Source of the DNA: Fibrobacteria bacterium
Lineage (GTDB): Bacteria > Fibrobacterota > Fibrobacteria > UBA11236
Length of the DNA: 64,000 nucleotides
Reading direction: 5' to 3'
NCBI GenBank assembly: GCA_043745805.1
Contig: JAYTSD010000043.1
Span: 64,001-128,000 of the forward strand
In this document: positions 49,153-59,748 of the stretch, piece after piece
Position numbering within the stretch: the first letter of the stretch is position 1
Layout: every line of letters begins with the position of its first letter
Program-made: the position numbers and the translations under genes
Notes under the pieces: model-generated
What the model saw: the letters and a program-made list of their open reading frames with translations, nothing else
Database searches by the model: none
What the model was told of the DNA's origin: nothing

Positions 49153-51549
49153 ATGCCGATTCAACCTTCATACCCTGGTGTTTATGTTCAGGAAGTTTCC
49201 AGTGGAGTAAGGACAATAACAGGTGTCTCCACTTCGATTGCCGCTTTTTTTGGACGAACATTAAAAGGTCCCATTAATAAAGCCGTGCGATGCCTGAGCT
49301 ATACTGATTTTTTGCGATACTTCGGCGGCGGCCATGCTCTGAGTGATACTGGGATTAGTGTTAAACAGTTCTTCGATAATGGGGGAACGGATTGTTATGT
49401 AGTTCGGTTGGCTAAAAATCCAGCAGTGGCCAGTGTAACTTTAAAAAATGAAACAGCAGTTACGAAGAATGTCCTTATTGTTACTGCCAAGGCAGAGGGA
49501 ACTTGGGGACAGCAAATAAAATTATTCACGGATTACAATACCACTAATCCAGATGATAGCTTCAACTTAACTGTTGTTCATGAAATTGATGGGGCTGTTT
49601 TAGCTCAAGAAGTTCACAGTTTTCTTTCCATGAATCCAAATTCATCACGCTTTGCACCCATTTTTGTTTCGCAATCTTCAAAATTTGTCAATCTGGCCAT
49701 TCATTCTGATTTAGGTGATCCTAATATTTCAGGGTCTATTATGAATTTAACCGCCAATACCCCCGCAGGTTATAGTCAAAGCCGCAGAGTGTTTACGGGA
49801 GTATCGGATAATGCGCTTAGGGATGCGGTCAAAACGGAGATTGAATCTAAAATTACTGCGGGTAAATCTAAGTTTGAAATCAATGTAAATGGGATTAATG
49901 CTACCGTCGATCTCAAGGGAATCGAATTAAGGCCTGACTGGACTACTCCTGTTCCTAATGATGTAACGGGTTTGTTACCTTCGCTTGCTGCGCATATCAA
50001 CCCGCAACTTCAGGCTGTGAATGCAAGTTTAGTTGTTGCGTTTAGCTGGGATACTTTGGCAACAAGAACTTTGGTATTAAGGGTAACATCCGCTGTTGCG
50101 CCATTTTCCAATGTGTCCATTCGACGAAGTAACTCCAATGATATTAGTGCTGCTTTGATGTTGGGTGTAGAGCAAGGTGGTATTGAGGTTGCACGTTACA
50201 GTAATCTTCGTCCAATCCCCAATGGATCCTATTTTTGGGGAGGCGGTACGTATGGAAATTTTACCACTGAACTCGATAAATTCGCCGTGCTGGCTCAAAA
50301 TGGAATAACGAGTATCACCCTTGGGACAAAGGTTATCCCTTTAAACCTTGTCACGGCCGGTACTTTGATTTACGAACAAGCCGCAGGCGCACTGGATGGG
50401 GTGCGAGAAAAACTACGACTCATTGTACAGGCCGTAAATGCGGATGTGAATTCCCCCTGTACCGCTGAGTTATGGGGATATCATCTCGTATTTAAGCGCA
50501 AGATGGGTAATATAAATGATACTGCTTCCATTACCACAAGTCCTGGGGCTAACTTTGGAAATGGATTTGTATCCAATGTAAAACAGTATAGCCTAGGAGC
50601 TCTGGGAACGGGTGTTTATCAATCTGCGGGTACAGCGGGTAGTGATGGTATTGCTCCAGATAAAAATACTTATGTGGGTAGCCCTGTTGATCATACCGGT
50701 TTTTATGCCTTGGATAAAGTGGACCTTTTTAACCTAATGATAATTCCTGGAGATCGTGAAGTGCTCGCCTCACTCTATGCAGAATTGATTGCGGAGGCCA
50801 GTAATTTTTGCCAGCAAAAACGCGCGTTTTTTCTGGCGGATGCTCCTGCAGATTGGACTCAAGGGGAAATCATGGCGGCGGATGCTAGCGCAGTTAACAA
50901 TATTCGCATAGGTGTGGCAAAAACAAATTCGGCAATATTTTATCCGCGAGTACAATTTAGTGATGGTGGATTGCGTAAGTATATCGGCCCTTCCGGCATG
51001 ATTGCAGGATTAATGGCCAGAACCGATTCTCAACGCGGAGTGTGGAAAGCACCTGCGGGCATTGATGCGGATTTGCGTGGTGTACTCGATGTAGAATTAA
51101 ACTTAACAGATAATGAAAATGGTGTGTTAAATAAATTAGGCGTGAACTGCCTGCGTAAATTTCCGAATGGAATTGTGAACTGGGGCGCACGTACCTTGGA
51201 TGGTTCAGATGATTTTGGTTCGGAATGGAAATATATTCCTATTCGTCGTCTCGCACTTTTCTTGGAAGAGTCACTTTTTCGCGGAACTAAATGGGTAGTA
51301 TTTGAACCCAATGATGAACCCCTTTGGGCTAAGATTAGAATGAACTTAAATGCATTTATGAATAGTCTATTTAGACAGGGTGCATTTCAGGGAAGTACGC
51401 CTGATAAGGCCTTCTTCGTAAAATGCGATGGAGAAACGACCACAGCTAATGATCGCAACTTAGGTATTGTAAATATTCAGGTTGGCTTTGCACCAGTTAA
51501 GCCGGCGGAGTTCGTCATTATTAGCATACAACAAATCCCAGATGTCTAA
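49153..51549 (+). CDS. contractile tail sheath protein (eCIS; Afp2/3/4-like)
   Basis: YPGVYVQE, FFDNGG..CYVVR, RTDSQRGVWKAPAG, WGARTL, VFEPN, GFAPVKPAEFV. Confidence 0.95.
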   Translation: MPIQPSYPGVYVQEVSSGVRTITGVSTSIAAFFGRTLKGPINKAVRCLSYTDFLRYFGGGHALSDTGISVKQFFDNGGTDCYVVRLAKNPAVASVTLKNETAVTKNVLIVTAKAEGTWGQQIKLFTDYNTTNPDDSFNLTVVHEIDGAVLAQEVHSFLSMNPNSSRFAPIFVSQSSKFVNLAIHSDLGDPNISGSIMNLTANTPAGYSQSRRVFTGVSDNALRDAVKTEIESKITAGKSKFEINVNGINATVDLKGIELRPDWTTPVPNDVTGLLPSLAAHINPQLQAVNASLVVAFSWDTLATRTLVLRVTSAVAPFSNVSIRRSNSNDISAALMLGVEQGGIEVARYSNLRPIPNGSYFWGGGTYGNFTTELDKFAVLAQNGITSITLGTKVIPLNLVTAGTLIYEQAAGALDGVREKLRLIVQAVNADVNSPCTAELWGYHLVFKRKMGNINDTASITTSPGANFGNGFVSNVKQYSLGALGTGVYQSAGTAGSDGIAPDKNTYVGSPVDHTGFYALDKVDLFNLMIIPGDREVLASLYAELIAEASNFCQQKRAFFLADAPADWTQGEIMAADASAVNNIRIGVAKTNSAIFYPRVQFSDGGLRKYIGPSGMIAGLMARTDSQRGVWKAPAGIDADLRGVLDVELNLTDNENGVLNKLGVNCLRKFPNGIVNWGARTLDGSDDFGSEWKYIPIRRLALFLEESLFRGTKWVVFEPNDEPLWAKIRMNLNAFMNSLFRQGAFQGSTPDKAFFVKCDGETTTANDRNLGIVNIQVGFAPVKPAEFVIISIQQIPDV

Positions 51550-51578
51550 GCACTATTAAAGATCATTAGGAGATAAAA

Positions 51579-52100
51579 ATGGCCAAAGGTTTTGAAAAAA
51601 ATGCAAAGCGTATTGATCCTTATAAAAATTTTAAGTTCCGTATTCTATGGGACAATAAAACTGTATTAGGAGTTAGCAAGGTCAGCGCTTTAAAACGTAC
51701 TACCGAAGTGGTTTCGCATCGCGATGGGGGTGACAATAGCACTGATCATAAATCACCTGGTCGCACTAAATATGATGGCATCACCTTGGAACGTGGATTA
51801 ACCCATGATCCAGAGTTTGAAAAATGGGCAAATAAAGTTCATCCCTACGCGGGCGACTCGGCCATGGATTTAGCCGATTATAAAAAAAACTTAACCTTAG
51901 AAATGATGAATGAAAAAGGGCAGGTGGTTTATCGCTACTTTCTTTATCATTGCTGGGTTAGCGAATACACGGCCATGCCCGAGCTCAATGCCAATGCCAA
52001 TGCTATATCTATCGAATCTTTAAAAATAGAACTTGAAGGTTGGGATAGAGATTTGGATACCAAAGAACCGAATGAAAGTGATGACGTACCGAAATCATGA
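51579..52100 (+). CDS. tail tube protein (T4 gp19-like; Afp1/5-like)
   Basis: DPYKNFKFR, PGRTKYDGITLERG, ELNANANAISIE. Confidence 0.93.
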   Translation: MAKGFEKNAKRIDPYKNFKFRILWDNKTVLGVSKVSALKRTTEVVSHRDGGDNSTDHKSPGRTKYDGITLERGLTHDPEFEKWANKVHPYAGDSAMDLADYKKNLTLEMMNEKGQVVYRYFLYHCWVSEYTAMPELNANANAISIESLKIELEGWDRDLDTKEPNESDDVPKS

Positions 52101-52116
52101 TAGGGTGGAATAGAAC

Positions 52117-52947
52117 ATGAATGTTGCTCCGGGATCAAATGCTATTGGTCAGTTATCGGAGCAGACCACGTCCTTTGCCGGATTCTATCCAGCGAGCGAA
52201 ATACGCATGCGTAATTTTGGAATACTGCAAAGCGATCTCGGTATTAATTTTACTACAAAAAATACTTCGGCACTAATTACCCATTTACTCGAACAATGTT
52301 CATTTGATCCTATAGGTATTGGGTCAACCGGTTTTTTCAAAAATCTTTCTATTGGCAGACGAGTAGAATGCTTGCTTGTTTTGGCAAAGGGAGGAGACCA
52401 CTCAGATTTCAATTTCCCATTTGCTTGCTCCGGTTGCAAACAGATTATTGCGTTGGATATTACCATGGAAGAAATCACAACGCTGCAAAGAGAAGCGGAT
52501 CACATTGAAACCGTGCAGATTCAAGTAATGGGTAACAATTTCGGTTTGCGAAAACCTTGCGGTCATGATCAAGAAAAATGGGCTGAAATGGTTTTTCTCG
52601 ATCAAAATGAAGCCCAGATAAAGATGATTAATTCGCTTACACTTACGGAGAATTTTCCTGCAAAAATCAATGCCGAGGCTTTGCAGCTTATTGATGAAGC
52701 GATGAACGTAGCGGATCCCTTGATCAACTTTAATTGCCAAGTAACTTGCGAGGAATGTACTACAAAAAATGAAATTGTAATTGACCTTTGCGATGCGGCG
52801 ATAAATATGCTGAAGCGGCTTCAGCAGCAATTGATAGTGATGGCACATAAATTGGCTTCCCATTATCATTGGAGTGAAAGTGAAATTTTTGCTATTCCGC
52901 ATTGGCGTCGGAAAGTTTATCTCGACCTTATAGCTGTTGGACGATAA
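52117..52947 (+). CDS. CIS baseplate-hub/tail-assembly protein (T4 gp26-like)
   Basis: Two CxxC motifs; C-terminal HKLASHYHWSESEIFAIPHWRR..YL; follows the tube gene. Confidence 0.75.
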   Translation: MNVAPGSNAIGQLSEQTTSFAGFYPASEIRMRNFGILQSDLGINFTTKNTSALITHLLEQCSFDPIGIGSTGFFKNLSIGRRVECLLVLAKGGDHSDFNFPFACSGCKQIIALDITMEEITTLQREADHIETVQIQVMGNNFGLRKPCGHDQEKWAEMVFLDQNEAQIKMINSLTLTENFPAKINAEALQLIDEAMNVADPLINFNCQVTCEECTTKNEIVIDLCDAAINMLKRLQQQLIVMAHKLASHYHWSESEIFAIPHWRRKVYLDLIAVGR

Positions 52948-52950
52948 ATT

Positions 52951-53934
52951 ATGCCAAACTATTTTTCACGTCTTGCTGAGCAGAGTGGTTTTCAATTTAA
53001 GGGAAGCCAAGGAGTAAGGCCCGAAGTATTAGAAAAAAAAGCGGGTAGTGGACTTTCTCCGCTTGAACAAGAAGCGACGATTTTAAGTCCATCGCAACCA
53101 TTAGAAAAATCTTCCCTAACCTTAATAGATTCGAATAAGCATGAAATGCAACCCTCCATTTCTAAAAATGAAGAAATTAAAAATGAGCCTTCAGAGAAAG
53201 CGCCTATTAATCCGAAGGAAATTTTTGCTCAAAAACAGGTAACTCGTGAAGTTAATCCAATTGTCCAAAACATAGATTCTGTGACTGCGCCAATGGAAAA
53301 TAAAACCCTTGCTGCATCGCTTTTCAATAAAGCGATATTGCCTGTGAATAAAATGAACGAAAATAGTTTATCACAGGAGTCGAAAGAGTTTAAATCACCG
53401 AGTGCTGTTAAATTAGCTGATCCTGTTGAAGCGTCAGTACCGATACAAGATTCACCTCAGTTTGAGTCAGCAGAAAAACAAGAAAGCATTGTGTCTCTCC
53501 TTTCACCTTTGGAGAATTCTGAAAAGCCAAATTATTTTTCCAGAACTTCGGAGATTTTGAATCAAGGTCAAATCGAAAAACAGGATATTCATTCTCTTAT
53601 TCTGCAAGATGTTCAGGAATGGGTTGCGGCTTCGCCCACGGATACAAAAACGGTAAAAAGTAATATTGAAGTATTCAATACGGCTTTAAATTCAGAACCT
53701 GTATTCTCAAATGAGATAACTGATCCGTTAACACAAAATTTGTTTCGATCTAGAAATGCAGAAGTAGAAAGTTCGTTGGAACATAACTTTAATCTTTCCA
53801 TTGGATCCATTAGTATTATTATTGATGAACCCACAAAACCACAGCATTCAGAATTTAAAAGCCAGCCACAACCTCAACCTACAATACCGAAAAACGAAAA
53901 TCGTTTTTCGCGACTTAGTCGAAGTTATCTCTAA
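52951..53934 (+). CDS. CIS-associated low-complexity hypothetical protein
   Basis: MPNYFSRLA start, S/E/P/K-rich middle, C-terminal LSIGSISIIID strand. Confidence 0.7.
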   Translation: MPNYFSRLAEQSGFQFKGSQGVRPEVLEKKAGSGLSPLEQEATILSPSQPLEKSSLTLIDSNKHEMQPSISKNEEIKNEPSEKAPINPKEIFAQKQVTREVNPIVQNIDSVTAPMENKTLAASLFNKAILPVNKMNENSLSQESKEFKSPSAVKLADPVEASVPIQDSPQFESAEKQESIVSLLSPLENSEKPNYFSRTSEILNQGQIEKQDIHSLILQDVQEWVAASPTDTKTVKSNIEVFNTALNSEPVFSNEITDPLTQNLFRSRNAEVESSLEHNFNLSIGSISIIIDEPTKPQHSEFKSQPQPQPTIPKNENRFSRLSRSYL

Positions 53935-53948
53935 ATTATTCAGGATTT

Positions 53949-55172
53949 ATGGCACTTGCTGATACATCAAAAGCTATTGGAGCCGTTACTAAAGGGCTTA
54001 AAGAACGTCTTGAATTTAGAACGGGTTATCATGTAAGTGCAGGTCGCATTGAAAAGCCCAATTTGACTATAGACGAGGCCTACTTAAATCTTTTTTTATA
54101 TGAAATCGCTTTTGATCCGCAATTAAAAAATACACCATTAAATGAAGGTGAAAAGCCACCTATATGGTTGGTGTTGAAATTTTTGCTAACCGCCTTTGCC
54201 TCGAAAACAGAAAGCGATACTCAAGCTGCCCATGAAATATTAGGTTTGGCGATTCGAGCTATTTATCAAGATGATTTGCTAAAACTAAATGGATTGGGAG
54301 ATGTCAAACCTTTAGAAAGTAATCCGAGTGAATTGCATGTTACCTTTGAGGAATCACCAGCTGATCTGGTCGCGAAGTTAACCCAGGGTTCTGATGAAAC
54401 GCCAAGACTTTCCATTGCCTTTCAAGTGCGTCCGGTGATGATTGCCTCAGCAGAACCCGGCCATTATTCTTTGCTTGTGGGTGTGGATTATACTAAACCG
54501 CCAATTACCCTTTCACCAGCGCCCGTTGGGCTGGATGTAATTCCTTCCATGGGATCCTTTATAACCGAGATAGTACCCTCAGGATTTGAAGTGAATGAAG
54601 AGATTACTCTGCGTGGTACGGATCTGCATTTGGCGAATCTCTCGGTGATGCTTGGATCAGTTGAACTCCCTATAACCATGCAGCAACCTGATGAATTAAA
54701 GTTTAAAATCGATAGTGCGATTATTGCAGCGAGTGGACTTTCCGCTGGAAGTTATTCGGTTATGATTGTGCAAACTCTTCCGGGTACGGGTAAAAAACGC
54801 AAGAGCAATGCGCTAATAGGAAATTTAGTACCCACACTTTTGAATGCTCCGATAGCGGCATTTAGCCTTATGGTTATTCCCGCAATTCCTCCCAGTAGTT
54901 TCGACACCGCTTATGCCACTATTAATCTGAATGGTATATTGCTAGGAAATAAAAATGATGATGTGATACTTGCTCTTTATCGTGATGGTAAAGTGTATCA
55001 ATCTTTTGACGTATTTTCTGTGTTACCCGTCCCACAACCTCCCTTACAACCTGCACAGCAATTGAAGATGATTGCTAAGGACGCGGTGCCCGTGGGTGAC
55101 TATCAGGCCATTTTACTAGTTAATGGGCAACAAGCTCCTCAAAGTCCAATTATTTCCCTGCATAATCCATGA
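53949..55172 (+). CDS. DUF4255 (Afp16/Pvc16-like cap) protein with C-terminal IPT/Ig-like extension
   Basis: AIGAVT..L, LNLFLYEI, LKFLLTAF, RLSIAFQVRPVMI. Confidence 0.85.
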   Translation: MALADTSKAIGAVTKGLKERLEFRTGYHVSAGRIEKPNLTIDEAYLNLFLYEIAFDPQLKNTPLNEGEKPPIWLVLKFLLTAFASKTESDTQAAHEILGLAIRAIYQDDLLKLNGLGDVKPLESNPSELHVTFEESPADLVAKLTQGSDETPRLSIAFQVRPVMIASAEPGHYSLLVGVDYTKPPITLSPAPVGLDVIPSMGSFITEIVPSGFEVNEEITLRGTDLHLANLSVMLGSVELPITMQQPDELKFKIDSAIIAASGLSAGSYSVMIVQTLPGTGKKRKSNALIGNLVPTLLNAPIAAFSLMVIPAIPPSSFDTAYATINLNGILLGNKNDDVILALYRDGKVYQSFDVFSVLPVPQPPLQPAQQLKMIAKDAVPVGDYQAILLVNGQQAPQSPIISLHNP

Positions 55173-57328
55173 GTACTTTAACCGGAAAATATGAGAATAT
55201 TGTATTCTCGACCAATTTACGAGCCGATGATGAATGGGCAAATTATTGGATGCGTCAGGCTACACTTAGGTTACGTCGTGAAATCGCATGGATTTGGAAT
55301 GAAAGAGGGCATACGGGGAAAGCGCGTATGGGCGAGTTGCCTCCTATTATTGACCAAGTTTCGAATTCCTTGGACTTTGCGCGTTACCGTGATGAAAAGC
55401 AAAGATTCTTTAAAGAAAATGCGGCAGCGAGATATTTGACTGAGCAATTGCAAATCGAAAAACCCGAAGATAACAAAGTTCATCGTGGCTCATTTGGCTG
55501 GGTTATTATGGAATTGGGCTTGGATGATATTTCGGCATTTGCGCTGGGCCTTGCGCTTGCGGCCGCTTTCGATGCGAGCTTTGGAGCGGTGATTGCAGCT
55601 TGTCTAAATGAACATGCACGTATTTATCCTAATCTAATGCTCATACAAAGGCTATGGGATTTGCCCGAGGATGCACTTTTGCTTTCCGATCCGATGCATT
55701 TACTATTCCGCTTTGGTCTTTTACGTCGCAGTGCCGTGGCTCAACGCGCTTATGCCGAGACCTTATGGGAGCAACCCTTATTTATTCCTTCCATGATCGC
55801 GCGTCAACTTTTATGCGAATACCCCATTGTTCCCGCAGGGTTGGAATTGCTTCATCCTGAAAAATTGCCAGCGGGAAAATTAGATAAATCCTGTGAGCTA
55901 ATAGCCTATCGACTCAAATCGGAAAAAGCCAAAAATTTACGCGTGTTACCTCTATTGGGAAATAAACGATCTGCTTATCGCCAAATCGCAGTGGACATTT
56001 CCAAGGTTACTAAACGCGCTTTGTGGGAATATCGCGGTAACCCTTCTCTACTGGCCGATGCGGATTATTTGAATATGCTGGTGACTTTATGTTGGTTACA
56101 AGATAGAGAATTACTTATCTCTCATGAGATATTTGATAGCAGTGAAAAAAACCGAGAGCGTAATGAAGGTTTACCCCTTGTCTCCATTCCTATTACTTTA
56201 TTTTTGGCAATTTCGGATCGTAGACAAATTAAACATATCGATTCGGAATGGATATTACCCCTAATTAAAACTCCCGTTCTGTCTTATGAAGAGAGGCTTA
56301 TTTTTTGGCATGCCGAATTTGGGGCGGAGGCAGAAAAACATGGATCTATTTTTACCGAGATTGCGCGAAGATTTCGTTATGACAAAGAAACTATTCGACA
56401 AATTATTAAAGAGTTAAAAGCGCTTCCCCATAAACTCACTGAGGATGATTTTAATATGGCTTGCCGTGTTGAGCTCAATTTTGATATTGGCGAATTAGCA
56501 GCTTATGTGGAGCCTCGCTTTGTGGATGAGCAACTCATTTTACCTAAAAAACAAGAGCAGCAATTTGAAGAACAATTAGCAGCCATGGAATCGCTTACAA
56601 AAGTGCATTATAGTTGGGGAACGGCACGTGCTTGGAATGAAGGCGGAATAACCGTTTTGTTTGCGGGGCCGCCGGGAACGGGAAAAACTATGGCCGCCGA
56701 AATTATGGCTTTGCGTTTGAAGTTACCCATGTATCGCATTGATTTATCGCAGGTGGTTAATAAATACATCGGTGAAACGGAAAAAAATTTAAAACGCATT
56801 TTTGATGCGGCTGAAATTTCCGATATGGTACTTTTCTTTGATGAAGCGGATTCGCTTTTTGGCAAGCGTACGGATGTGAATGATGCACGTGATCGCTATG
56901 CGAATTTGGAAGTGAGTTATTTGCTGGAACGCATGGAACGATTCAAAGGCTTAGCCATTTTGGCGACCAATCGCAAGCGCGATTTGGATGATGCCTTTAT
57001 GCGACGCATACGCTATATCATTGACTTTCCTGTGCCGGAAGAAGCGCAGCGTTTAGCGATTTGGAATCAGGTTATTCCTCAGGACGTGGCCAAAAATTCT
57101 TTATTGGACATTCCTTTTTTGGCAAGGCAATTTCCGCTTTCTGGTGGACATATTCGTTCCGTGGTATTCAATGCTTGTTTACAATCGGCACATGGGAATA
57201 GTGAAAAAAAGGAACTCTTTATGAAAGATGTTTTGATTGCCATTAAACGTGAATATGACAAAATGAATCGCTCTTTGAGTCTCGATCAACTGGGACGGTA
57301 TGCTCAGCATATTAGTGGGTTAGAGTAA
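55169..57328 (+). CDS. AAA+ ATPase (Afp15/Pvc15-like)
   Basis: GPPGTGKT, VVNKYIGETEKNL, FFDEAD.LFGKR, DRYAN.EV.YLL.RME. Confidence 0.94.
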   Translation: MSTLTGKYENIVFSTNLRADDEWANYWMRQATLRLRREIAWIWNERGHTGKARMGELPPIIDQVSNSLDFARYRDEKQRFFKENAAARYLTEQLQIEKPEDNKVHRGSFGWVIMELGLDDISAFALGLALAAAFDASFGAVIAACLNEHARIYPNLMLIQRLWDLPEDALLLSDPMHLLFRFGLLRRSAVAQRAYAETLWEQPLFIPSMIARQLLCEYPIVPAGLELLHPEKLPAGKLDKSCELIAYRLKSEKAKNLRVLPLLGNKRSAYRQIAVDISKVTKRALWEYRGNPSLLADADYLNMLVTLCWLQDRELLISHEIFDSSEKNRERNEGLPLVSIPITLFLAISDRRQIKHIDSEWILPLIKTPVLSYEERLIFWHAEFGAEAEKHGSIFTEIARRFRYDKETIRQIIKELKALPHKLTEDDFNMACRVELNFDIGELAAYVEPRFVDEQLILPKKQEQQFEEQLAAMESLTKVHYSWGTARAWNEGGITVLFAGPPGTGKTMAAEIMALRLKLPMYRIDLSQVVNKYIGETEKNLKRIFDAAEISDMVLFFDEADSLFGKRTDVNDARDRYANLEVSYLLERMERFKGLAILATNRKRDLDDAFMRRIRYIIDFPVPEEAQRLAIWNQVIPQDVAKNSLLDIPFLARQFPLSGGHIRSVVFNACLQSAHGNSEKKELFMKDVLIAIKREYDKMNRSLSLDQLGRYAQHISGLE

Positions 57329-57332
57329 TAAT

Positions 57333-57593
57333 ATGGCTAATCGAAATATTCACATTGAAAATATACAAGTTAGCATGCCACCTCATTTGGTAGTGCAGGC
57401 GCATGAAATAGGGAATGGACTTGGTCAGGCTATTCTGCATGCCATTGCTGAATCTACGCTTGGAAAACATGGCCATAAAAAAATAGCCGCCTTAGAGGTC
57501 GGAAAAGTGAGTGTGAAAAACTATGCCGAACCGCGAGGAATACAACAACAAATTGCGAGTCATGTGGCGAATACGATTCGGGAAAAATTCTAA
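57333..57593 (+). CDS. small CIS-associated hypothetical protein
   Basis: IHIENIQV N-terminus; tightly packed in the operon. Confidence 0.7.
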   Translation: MANRNIHIENIQVSMPPHLVVQAHEIGNGLGQAILHAIAESTLGKHGHKKIAALEVGKVSVKNYAEPRGIQQQIASHVANTIREKF

Positions 57594-57610
57594 AAGTTAG
57601 GGTAGCGAAG

Positions 57611-58273
57611 ATGGCTGGTTTTTTAATGAGAGGCGCATTGATCGAATACGGTTCCGATTTTATGGGACCCATTCCTAATGTAGTGATCTTTCAATTCAAT
57701 CCTGAGACCTTGTCACGTACCGTACAAATTCCTCCGCGTCCGGCTTCTGCGACGGCACGCGAAACGACACAAGCGGGTCAACCTTCTATAGAAAAAATCA
57801 CCTTGAAGGCTAGCTTTAGTGCGGCAGATGAGCTGGGCGATAATAAAGCCTTAGCGCGATTGTTTGGTGTCGGGACTCGTTTAGCCGCATTGGAGAAAAT
57901 GGTTTATCCGTCCAATGAATTGACTGCTGCAATCGGTGCTGCGCTAGGCTTAGGAGGCAGCTCAACCGGTGGTGATCTTAGGCAGCCTATTCCGCGTCAA
58001 AAAATGCCAAGGATATTATTTATTTGGGGGCCATTAAAAGTATTACCGGTGGTACTCGAATCCATGAGCATTACCGAACAACAATATGATTTTTTATTGA
58101 ATCCCACGCAAGCTGAGGTTTCCATTACCATGGCCGTTAACTCTAATGATCAATGTTCGGATGATAATATAGGTAAAGGCGCTTTATCTTATTCTAATAT
58201 GGCAAAGGATGCCCAAGCCATGGCAAACCTTTCTAATACGGCTGCACAAATTGTGGACTTAATTCCATTTTGA
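57611..58273 (+). CDS. CIS tube initiator (Afp7/Pvc7-like)
   Basis: FQFNPETLSRT, LFIWG, VLESMSITE, P.QAEVSITM. Confidence 0.85.
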   Translation: MAGFLMRGALIEYGSDFMGPIPNVVIFQFNPETLSRTVQIPPRPASATARETTQAGQPSIEKITLKASFSAADELGDNKALARLFGVGTRLAALEKMVYPSNELTAAIGAALGLGGSSTGGDLRQPIPRQKMPRILFIWGPLKVLPVVLESMSITEQQYDFLLNPTQAEVSITMAVNSNDQCSDDNIGKGALSYSNMAKDAQAMANLSNTAAQIVDLIPF

Positions 58274-58286
58274 ATAAGGAGGTAAC

Positions 58287-58589
58287 ATGTTTGATGTAAA
58301 TTCTCGTTATGCCAAAAATCCAATCGTTGAGGTGGATAAGTCCAATAGCAAAAAGGTAAATGTTATCAAGTTACGCCACTTGCCTTATGTGGGAGGGAAT
58401 TTATCTGAGGTAAAAGGCATAGATAGACTCGATATTATGGCTCATCGTAATTATAAAGACGGCACAAAGTTTTGGCATGTGGCCGATGCGAATACCGAGC
58501 TTGAGGCTAATGATCTGGTAACTAATAAGTTACCTGAAAATCCACTGCAAAAGCAAGAAACCACTTTCATTTTCATTCCTGAGAACTAA
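58287..58589 (+). CDS. LysM-like baseplate component
   Basis: SRY, DRLDIMAH..Y....FWHVADAN. Confidence 0.8.
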   Translation: MFDVNSRYAKNPIVEVDKSNSKKVNVIKLRHLPYVGGNLSEVKGIDRLDIMAHRNYKDGTKFWHVADANTELEANDLVTNKLPENPLQKQETTFIFIPEN

Positions 58590-58590
58590 A

Positions 58591-59748
58591 ATGAACAAAG
58601 CATTTCGAGTTTATTATGGGGGGAATTTGGCTACGCAAGAACAACTCAATGCTATTGAGGAAATTGTTGTGGTACAAGAAATGGGTATTGCTTGGGAAGC
58701 GCAGATAAAAATACCCGTTTGTATTGCTGAAGATGGTTCTTGGGAAGGTGAAAATGATTCCATCTTTGCAGAGTTTGCACGTGTTCGCATTGAGGCTCAA
58801 ATTGGTGAAAATGATTTTATCCCTCTAATCGAAGGGAGTATTCACTCAGGGGAGCCAGATTATAATGCATCGCCAGGCTTAAGTACCGTAACCGTTATTG
58901 TACATGATGACACTCGCTTACTACATCGCCAAGCCGAATCCGTTGCTTTTTCTGGACAAAGCGATAATGAAATTGTGAGTACTATATTTAATGATGCCTC
59001 GCTTGGTGAGAATGCTGAAATAGATAATCCTCCTGCTGGACCGGTACAAAATGCGGTCATAAACCAACAGGGCACAATGATGGAAATGTTACGTTCCATT
59101 GCGGCGCGTTATCAAAACTATTATGCCTATGTGCTTCCAGGATCCACAGTTGGAAATAGTAAAGGTGTTTTTAAAAAACTTCCGACAAGCCCAGATGCAG
59201 GTTTGCCTATTGCCTATTTGAGTGGCCCTAAGCAAAACATTTCGGAATTTCGCATTCGAAGAAATTCTGCTAGGGCCTCTCGTGTTGAAGGAGCTCATTT
59301 AAGTATGAGCGATAAAAGCGTTGCTAAAGCTAGCGCAAATCCGAGCGACAATATTCCTTCAGGAAGTGATAGTGCGACTAGTGGAAGGGATACCGATCTT
59401 CGTCTTCGTCGCCTTCCGTCGGGTATTGGCGATCATACTGATTTAACTGAAGCGGCCAATGGAATGGCTGAAGAATCTAGTTTCACACTTAGTGCTGAAG
59501 GCAGTGTAATTTCAGGACTTTTTCCAGCGATATTGCAACCGTATAAAATGCTTTCCGTGCAACTTTCCAATAGTCGTTACAGTTCCAATTATGTAATTAG
59601 CAAGGTGACACATACATTAGGCATTTCGGAATATACCCAAAGTTTTTCGGTAATAGGTAATGTGGTGTCGCCTGAGGGTAGCGCTACTATACCTGCGCCA
59701 GCAGCAGTGATGTCTGTCAGTTTTAATGTTCAAATGGGTGTATTCTAA
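58591..59748 (+). CDS. phage late control D / gp27-like spike hub (N-terminal half of VgrG/Afp8)
   Basis: Position before gpV; QQGTMMEMLRSIAARY, YVISKVTHTL. Confidence 0.75.
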   Translation: MNKAFRVYYGGNLATQEQLNAIEEIVVVQEMGIAWEAQIKIPVCIAEDGSWEGENDSIFAEFARVRIEAQIGENDFIPLIEGSIHSGEPDYNASPGLSTVTVIVHDDTRLLHRQAESVAFSGQSDNEIVSTIFNDASLGENAEIDNPPAGPVQNAVINQQGTMMEMLRSIAARYQNYYAYVLPGSTVGNSKGVFKKLPTSPDAGLPIAYLSGPKQNISEFRIRRNSARASRVEGAHLSMSDKSVAKASANPSDNIPSGSDSATSGRDTDLRLRRLPSGIGDHTDLTEAANGMAEESSFTLSAEGSVISGLFPAILQPYKMLSVQLSNSRYSSNYVISKVTHTLGISEYTQSFSVIGNVVSPEGSATIPAPAAVMSVSFNVQMGVF

